DNA of 64,000 nucleotides, taken from positions 17,727-81,726 of the forward strand of contig PSMG01000005.1 of NCBI GenBank assembly GCA_040290035.1, written 5' to 3'. The stretch is from Chitinophagaceae bacterium (lineage in GTDB: Bacteria; Bacteroidota; Bacteroidia; Chitinophagales; Chitinophagaceae). A program made the translations under genes and the position numbers. Below the pieces are notes generated by a model. That model made no database searches, was not told the DNA's origin, and was given only the letters and a program-made list of their open reading frames with translations. Positions 58,151-64,000 of this stretch are shown here, piece after piece. Position 1 is the stretch's first letter; each line of letters begins with the position of its first letter.

Positions 58151-58756
58151 TTATTTAGATGCGTTCTCGAAATGCTCGGCTACTTTGTTCCAATTGATCA
58201 CATTCCAAATATTAGTCAAATACTCTGGACGGCGATTTTGATACTTTAAATAATAAGCATGTTCCCAAACATCAATACCTAAAATAGGTGTACCTTTTAC
58301 TTCCGCTACTTCCATCAATGGATTGTCTTGGTTAGGTGTAGAGGTAACTTCCAGTTTGCCGTCTTTTACAATCAACCATGCCCAGCCACTACCAAAACGT
58401 GTAGTGCCGGCTACGTTCATTTTTTCTTTTAAACCATCCAACGAACCGAATGTGCTGTTGATAGCGTCTGCAAGTTTGCCGCTAGGCTGTCCGCTATTGG
58501 GACCTAGGATTTCCCATAAGAACGTATGGTTCCAATGACCGCCACCGTTGTTGCGAACAGCAGGAGAAATGCTGCCTGCATTGCGTACTAGTTCTTCCAG
58601 GCTTTTGTTTTCGTTTTCGGTGCCCGCAATGGCTTTGTTTAAATTATCTAAATATGCCTGGTGGTGTTTGTCGTGATGTATTTGCATAGTTTGTGCATCG
58701 ATGTGTGGCTCCAATGCATCAAATGCATAAGGTAAGGGGGGAAGTGTAAATGCCAT
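58151..58756 (-). CDS. sodA: Superoxide dismutase, Mn-type signature
   Basis: [27 protein letters not shown]; terminator at 58104-58131. Confidence 0.88.
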   Translation of the reverse strand: MAFTLPPLPYAFDALEPHIDAQTMQIHHDKHHQAYLDNLNKAIAGTENENKSLEELVRNAGSISPAVRNNGGGHWNHTFLWEILGPNSGQPSGKLADAINSTFGSLDGLKEKMNVAGTTRFGSGWAWLIVKDGKLEVTSTPNQDNPLMEVAEVKGTPILGIDVWEHAYYLKYQNRRPEYLTNIWNVINWNKVAEHFENASK

Positions 58757-58849
58757 AAGTTTAAGATTTAAAATTTATCTGTTGATTCCTTTTGAAGCAC
58801 AAATTTACTATAGTCTACATTAGAAACAGAAACGAAAATGAATTCTTCC

Positions 58850-59151
58850 TTAATTCGAAAGGCTGTTCAGCTTCTTTCCTTTTTCATTAATAACGGAAAT
58901 AATACCTCTTGCTTCCATATCGTTCTTGACCGTCACCGTGTACCATTCTACAGAACCATCGAAAGAAATATTTTTTTCATTAAAGTATTGATGAACAGCT
59001 TTGGCAAGTGCCGTATATGTGAGCTTTTTGTGGCCTTTTAATTCAGACCGAATAGCTGTAGCAATCAAGTCATAACAGACTTATCGATGTTCATTTTTCC
59101 GCCAGTGTTTGGATTCAAACACTCTACTTTGGAAGCAGTTGCAGCAGGCAT
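58850..59151 (-). pseudogene. DUF6958-like protein with a -1 frameshift
   Basis: MPAATASKVECLNPNTGGKMNIDKSV / YDLIATAI...FDGSVEWYTVTVKNDMEARG; one T is missing at 59074-59075. Confidence 0.65.
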
Positions 59152-59154
59152 GAT

Positions 59155-59598
59155 TTATCTTTTTGGTTTGAAAAATGTTTTCATCAGTTCACTACATTCA
59201 TCTGCCAATACACCTTTGGTTAGTTGTGTTTTGGGATGAAAGGGATAAGCATCACGTGTAATATGAAGATAACCATTCTTCTCGTCTGAAGCGCCATACA
59301 CAATGCGGCCAATCTTACTCCAATACAAAGCACCGGCACACATTAAGCAAGGTTCTACTGTAATATAAATAGTAGCATCGGGCAGGTATTTGCTCCCCAG
59401 CAAATTGAAAGCTGACGTCAGCGCAATGATCTCGGCATGTGCCGTTGGGTCTGCAAGTTTTTCTACCTGGTTATAGCCTCGGGCAATGATTTTATTATTA
59501 GTAACAATAACAGCACCTACAGGTACTTCATCTTCATCAAATGCTTTTTGAGCCAGTGCTAATGCCTGTCGCATGAACTGTTCGTCATTTTGAGCCAT
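59155..59598 (-). CDS. tadA: tRNA adenosine deaminase-like nucleoside deaminase
   Basis: EVPVGAVIV, AHAE, TVEPCLMCAGA. Confidence 0.9.
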   Translation of the reverse strand: MAQNDEQFMRQALALAQKAFDEDEVPVGAVIVTNNKIIARGYNQVEKLADPTAHAEIIALTSAFNLLGSKYLPDATIYITVEPCLMCAGALYWSKIGRIVYGASDEKNGYLHITRDAYPFHPKTQLTKGVLADECSELMKTFFKPKR

Positions 59599-59689
59599 AG
59601 TTTGAGAAGCTTATTTGATTTGCGGGAAGGTAAGTTTTCTCTTGAACAACACCACTCATTCTGTTCGTCTTCGTTCTACATTTGCCCCA

Positions 59690-60205
59690 ATGAGCTTAAT
59701 CATAAGACTAGCTTCTGCTGCTGATGCCCAATTGATTGCGGATATTAGCCAACAAACCTTTTATGATACGTTTGCTGCAGACAACCGTACTGAAGACATG
59801 CATAAGTTTTTGACACAGCAGTTCACCAAAGGCCGTTTGATGATGGAAGTAGGCACCCCGGAAAATACCTTCTTTCTTGCTTTTGACAATACAATTGCTG
59901 CTGGCTATGTAAAATTGAGAGATGCTAAAAAGCCAACCGCTCTTTTTCCGTTTAATGCATTGGAAGTTGCCCGTATTTATGCCACCAAAGAAATGATTGG
60001 CAAAGGAGTAGGTAAAGCATTAATGCAAAAAAGCATAGCTATAGCCAAGGAGCGAAACAAAGAAGTGATTTGGTTAGGCGTTTGGGAAAAAAACAAGCGG
60101 GCTATTGATTTTTATACCAGATGGGGATTTGTAAAATTTGGTGAGTGTGATTTTTTGTTGGGCGATGATGTGCAACGAGACTGGCTGATGAAAAAGATGT
60201 TATAG
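59690..60205 (+). CDS. GNAT family N-acetyltransferase
   Basis: LEVARIY, GKGVGKALM, WLGVWEKN.RAI.FY..GF; promoter box TACATTTG just upstream. Confidence 0.92.
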   Translation: MSLIIRLASAADAQLIADISQQTFYDTFAADNRTEDMHKFLTQQFTKGRLMMEVGTPENTFFLAFDNTIAAGYVKLRDAKKPTALFPFNALEVARIYATKEMIGKGVGKALMQKSIAIAKERNKEVIWLGVWEKNKRAIDFYTRWGFVKFGECDFLLGDDVQRDWLMKKML

Positions 60206-60241
60206 TGGCGTACTAGTTGCAGGTGGTTGTGAAACTAAATT

Positions 60242-60496
60242 ATGGATTGGCGTTCTGTAGTTGGAATGGTAGCTGCATTTAGTACAACGTTCTCTTTTTT
60301 ACCTCAAGCCATTAAAACCATTCGTATAAAGGATACTTCAGCAATATCCGCAGCTATGTATGGTGTATTCAGCCTTGGGACATTAATGTGGCTGCTGTAT
60401 GCACTTACCACTAACAACTTACCAGTGATCCTGGCAAATGCGGTCAGCTTGTTGTTTGCTCCGATTATCTTGTATTAGAAGTTCAGAAACAATTAA
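60242..60496 (+). CDS. SemiSWEET/PQ-loop transporter with a premature stop near the C-terminus
   Basis: TTFSFLPQAIKT, WLLYAL, PVILAN; TAG at 60476-78 is followed in frame by KFRNN*. Confidence 0.8.
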
Positions 60497-60592
60497 TCAG
60501 GAGAGCAAATGATTCAATACAAACAAAACGGTTATAACAATAAATAGGCGGAAAATGGTGCGGATAGAATGGGCACTAAGTAGGTTGTTCAT
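60497..60592 (-). CDS. 31-aa single-TM peptide (not in the ORF track)
   Basis: MNNLLSAHSIRTIFRLFIVITVLFVLNHLLS*, preceded by an A/C-rich initiation region. Confidence 0.45.
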   Translation of the reverse strand: MNNLLSAHSIRTIFRLFIVITVLFVLNHLLS

Positions 60593-60755
60593 AATAGTGG
60601 TGATTTGGATAGTGGCAAAATTGACTGTAACAAGTTTAATAAACATTATTGATTAGTCAAAGCAAAAAGTTCTATCGACAGACAAAATTTTTTCATCGGT
60701 CAATAAAAAAGTGATAGTGGCTACTATCGCTTTTATTTATTTTTTACAAAGCTTA

Positions 60756-61018
60756 CTACTTCTTAGTACTTGAATCCGCTCTGCCATTTCCCGGCATTAA
60801 ACTTCTATAGGCTGGTGAAGATGCAGGGGCACCATTAGGCGTTGGTGTTCCTGCATCGTTCGCATCACTTACATGCATGCCGGAAGCTGTATCCATCATT
60901 GGCCTTGGTTGTTCTGATTGAAAGGTTGTTGTATCTGTATTTGCCTTTCCATCTGTTGCTCCGCCACAATTCATAAAAAAATGGTTAGGCTGATTATCCT
61001 ACATCCTATCTTTTTCAT
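60756..61018 (-). CDS. Small low-complexity lipoprotein (-1 frameshift in the signal peptide)
   Basis: MKKIGCRIISLTIF / FMNCGGATDG..; adding one base to the A7 tract at 60975-60981 restores an 87-aa lipoprotein. Confidence 0.6.
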
Positions 61019-61060
61019 AACTGCTGTTTGCAGCAAGAAGTACAATTAGCCTGCTAAGCG

Positions 61061-61879
61061 TTACTTAACTAAGGCTACACTATCATAGATGCCGGAAAAA
61101 CCTTCCAGGCTTTTTTGATAAGCTGCCATTTCAGCCTTGGTGAGGCAAGTAATACTTGCACAACCTTCAAAGTAATATTGCGTGGCAATGTATCTTTTTA
61201 CGTGACCTCTGGTTTCAGCCGGTAAATAAGATTGCATGCTCCAGAAATTTTTACTGCCTGCTTTTTTTATTGCCTTGGCAATAGTTCCCGTGCCGCAGTT
61301 GTAAGCAGCAATTGTTAGCAACCAATCACCATAAGTAGCATACAAGCCTTTAATATACTTAGCAGCAGCAATCGTACTTTTATACAAATGCTTGCGCTCA
61401 TCACCATTCTTGGTAATCTTCAGACCATAGTCATGCGCTGTTCCCGGCATTAACTGCCATGGACCTACAGCACCTGCACCAGACGTAGCATGGGTCTTTA
61501 AGTCCGACTCTACAATAGCCAGATACTTAAGCTCTATTGGCAAACCATATTTACGAAAAATAGCCTCGGCAATTTTGAAATAGCCAGAGCTACGGCCTTG
61601 AACATCGGCCAGGGCTTCGTTCTCTCTTTTAATGAAATCATTCACGAAAGAGAGTATTTTTTTATTGAGCTGAATAACCGGCGCTGCTTTTGTTTTAGTA
61701 TAGGCAACGGTGTTGGCTCCACTGTTGGTGGATGCATCAGCTACATAGGCAGTTTCTGTTTTGGTGGCGAAATTCTGAAAGTTCCTTACGGGCTTTGTGT
61801 CGAACTTGCCGTAAGGCATTGCAATTAACAATAAGTGCGGACTTAAAAGACCTGCTCGGGTAATAGTGTTTTTCAACAT
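61061..61879 (-). CDS. Lytic transglycosylase (SLT domain, MltD-like)
   Basis: LAIVESDL, GPWQLM, IAAYNCG, ETRGHV. Confidence 0.9.
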   Translation of the reverse strand: MLKNTITRAGLLSPHLLLIAMPYGKFDTKPVRNFQNFATKTETAYVADASTNSGANTVAYTKTKAAPVIQLNKKILSFVNDFIKRENEALADVQGRSSGYFKIAEAIFRKYGLPIELKYLAIVESDLKTHATSGAGAVGPWQLMPGTAHDYGLKITKNGDERKHLYKSTIAAAKYIKGLYATYGDWLLTIAAYNCGTGTIAKAIKKAGSKNFWSMQSYLPAETRGHVKRYIATQYYFEGCASITCLTKAEMAAYQKSLEGFSGIYDSVALVK

Positions 61880-62277
61880 CGTTTTAGTTTTTAGGGTTAA
61901 AACAATGTCGTCCCTGAGGGTTTGGATTAATAGTGGCTCTTCACAGGTTTATTCTATTGGCAAAGAACTGAAAACACACTGCCGGTGGGCGACTAAGTTT
62001 GGGCTTTTCATTACCGGCAGAGGTTTTTGACGGGGTCAAAGGTAGCTTTTAAAACCCAGACGACCCAGCCTTCAAAGCCTAGAAAAACTACGAAGCATAT
62101 GTAAAATGCTGGTTTTCAGCATATAAAGCAAAGCCTAAGCAAGTATGAAAATGTGGCAGAGGGGGCCCTTTTAACAGGAGGTTCTTATTTCTCTAACAAA
62201 GGTTTTGGGAATTTGAGGCGCATTTCTTTGGTTTGTCAATGACCAAAGAATCTATCTTCGCAGCGCAATAAATAACT

Positions 62278-62994
62278 ATGCTACCTAAATATAAACGCAT
62301 TCTGCTTAAGCTTTCCGGAGAATCATTAATGGGTGATAAAAGTTTCGGTTTCGATACCGATGTGTTGAACCAGTACGCTCAGGACATTAAATCTATCACT
62401 GAGTTAGGCGTGCAGGTAGCCATTGTGATTGGTGGTGGCAATATTTACCGAGGGATGAATGAAGCAGAAACCGGTATTGAACGGGCTCACGGTGATTATA
62501 TGGGCATGCTGGCAACCGTAATTAATGGAATGGCATTACAAGCTGGTTTAGAAAAGATTGGTGTTTATACCCGTTTACAAAGTGCTATCAAAATGGAACA
62601 AATCGCAGAGCCTTATATCCGTCGTAGGGCAATACGCCATTTAGAGAAGGGTCGTGTGGTAATTTTTGGCGCCGGTACAGGTAATCCTTACTTTACTACA
62701 GATACAGCTGGTTCTTTAAGAGCTATTGAAATAAAGGCTGATGTAATTATGAAAGGGACCCGTGTAGACGGAATTTATACGGCCGATCCTGAAAAAGATT
62801 CTTCCGCTACAAAATTCGGAACCATTACGTACCAGGAATGTATTTCCCGCAAGCTGAACGTGATGGACATGACTGCATTTACGCTTTGCATGGAAAACAC
62901 ATTGCCGATTGTTGTTTTTGACATGAACAAGCTCGGAAACCTACGCCGGGTGGTCACGGGAGAGAAAGTGGGCACTTTGGTAACAGGTTCATAA
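62278..62994 (+). CDS. pyrH: UMP kinase
   Basis: [32 protein letters not shown]. Confidence 0.98.
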   Translation: MLPKYKRILLKLSGESLMGDKSFGFDTDVLNQYAQDIKSITELGVQVAIVIGGGNIYRGMNEAETGIERAHGDYMGMLATVINGMALQAGLEKIGVYTRLQSAIKMEQIAEPYIRRRAIRHLEKGRVVIFGAGTGNPYFTTDTAGSLRAIEIKADVIMKGTRVDGIYTADPEKDSSATKFGTITYQECISRKLNVMDMTAFTLCMENTLPIVVFDMNKLGNLRRVVTGEKVGTLVTGS

Positions 62995-63064
62995 AACATC
63001 AGTGTTTTATTTACTATTTCAATAAAAATAGGTAGCTTGTACGCTGAAACACTACACTAACTGC

Positions 63065-63970
63065 ATGTTCCTATCTGTTCAATTAAATCTGCTGGAGTTT
63101 GTTGTCCTGTTTGTATCGGCTGCTATTTTAGGCGGTGCGATTAAGTTTTTTATTGAGAGCAGAAAGACATTAAAGCAAACCCTCAACGAAAACACCTCAT
63201 CTGTTTTAGCCAATCTTTCTTTTAGAAAAAATAATACGTCCCTTGCACCAACGGATGAGGAAGCATTTCAACCCGAATTTCTTACTGCAAAAAAAGAAGA
63301 TGGGCTGGTTAATAGTAAAGAAGTGAAGGCGCTTCGTGAGCAAATGACCCAGCAGCAAAAGACCATCGATAGTTTACTTGAAAAATTGGATGAACTGGAA
63401 CTTGCTTCCGTAAATAAAACTTTACTACAAGAGAATGAAGAGTTAAAAGAAAAGATAGACCAGTTAGAAGAAGAATTAGAAAACAAAGAAGCAGACCTCT
63501 ACCATATTAAACAAAAAGAAGCGGTTACGCAGAAAATGTCTACACGGCTTGAAGATGTGTACAAAGAATTTGAATACCTCCAAAAAAAGATTGCCACTTT
63601 AGAAACACAATCAGGTAATGTAAGCCATATAGAATTGCAGCTTGCTGAACTAAAAGAAAGCTACGAAGGCACAAAACGAGAATTACAACGTAAACAAGAC
63701 AAGTTGGAAGAGGTGCTGGCAGAAAACCAACAACTACATCAACAGCTTAGCGAAGTAGAAGATAAGCTTGCTGAAGCCAACATGCAACGTCAGCAATTAC
63801 TAAAGAAAGTACAATACCTCACAGAGATGAACAACGATATGCAAGGCATTTCTGATACCAACAAAAGACTGCAAAACGAACTTCGCAGAATCAGCGAACT
63901 CGAAGGCATGCTGAATATGATGGTTGAAGAACGTGATCAATCACTGCGCAAAAAGAATCCCGGTATTTAA
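63065..63970 (+). CDS. N-terminally anchored long coiled-coil protein of unknown function
   Basis: One TM segment, then ~200 aa of E/Q/K/L heptads. Confidence 0.75.
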   Translation: MFLSVQLNLLEFVVLFVSAAILGGAIKFFIESRKTLKQTLNENTSSVLANLSFRKNNTSLAPTDEEAFQPEFLTAKKEDGLVNSKEVKALREQMTQQQKTIDSLLEKLDELELASVNKTLLQENEELKEKIDQLEEELENKEADLYHIKQKEAVTQKMSTRLEDVYKEFEYLQKKIATLETQSGNVSHIELQLAELKESYEGTKRELQRKQDKLEEVLAENQQLHQQLSEVEDKLAEANMQRQQLLKKVQYLTEMNNDMQGISDTNKRLQNELRRISELEGMLNMMVEERDQSLRKKNPGI

Positions 63971-64000
63971 TTGTTCCTAACTTTGCGGGCTATGAATCCA

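Noticed and set aside
10889-60478. Stop-codon reassignment as the explanation for in-frame stops
   Set aside because: The interrupting codons are mixed (TAA, TGA, TAG), and all three also end normal genes in this window.
61958-61975. TTGGCAAAGAACTG as another sigma54-like promoter
   Set aside because: No GTATT or -12 match and no downstream ACGAACACCA plus terminator. The GAACACCA at ~60843 lies inside a coding region.
1-64000. CRISPR array, tRNA or rRNA genes
   Set aside because: No regularly spaced repeat-spacer series, cloverleaf or rRNA-like sequence was seen by eye. The repeats found occur only in two copies.

Overview
AT-rich Bacteroidota DNA, most likely Chitinophagaceae (inferred from protein families, gene order and many TAnnTTTG -7 promoter boxes). 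The backbone is housekeeping: fadD, lpxD-like, cdsA, dusB, rplM-rpsI-rpsB-tsf, serC-DUF1015, a TetR-TolC-MFP-RND efflux operon, M16 and M1 peptidases, an ECF sigma/anti-sigma/beta-barrel cluster, trehalase, sodA, tadA and pyrH. There are three accessory patches: about 14.0-19.8 kb (broken IS1634, an intact lipoprotein NirK with a CRP/FNR-type box, a haloperoxidase remnant, two candidate sRNAs), about 37.2-38.4 kb (decayed genes) and about 45.8-52.1 kb. The strongest unexplained structures are: (i) a NUMOD4/HNH gene packaged like an integron gene cassette (19-bp direct repeat at both ends, a ~200-bp attC-like fold-back right after the stop codon, no integrase in the window); (ii) two unlinked short transcription units that share a sigma54-like TTTGGCAnnGTATT promoter, a tiny ORF, an identical ACGAACACCA 10-mer and an intrinsic terminator; (iii) a ~250-nt structured, UCC-repeat-rich sRNA candidate; (iv) small peptides missed by the ORF track, including a 40-aa CGCP lipopeptide. 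More than ten accessory genes carry frameshifts, nonsense codons or deletions while the long conserved genes read through intact. I saw no tRNA, rRNA or CRISPR array. All family assignments come from motif recognition by eye; no database searches were run.
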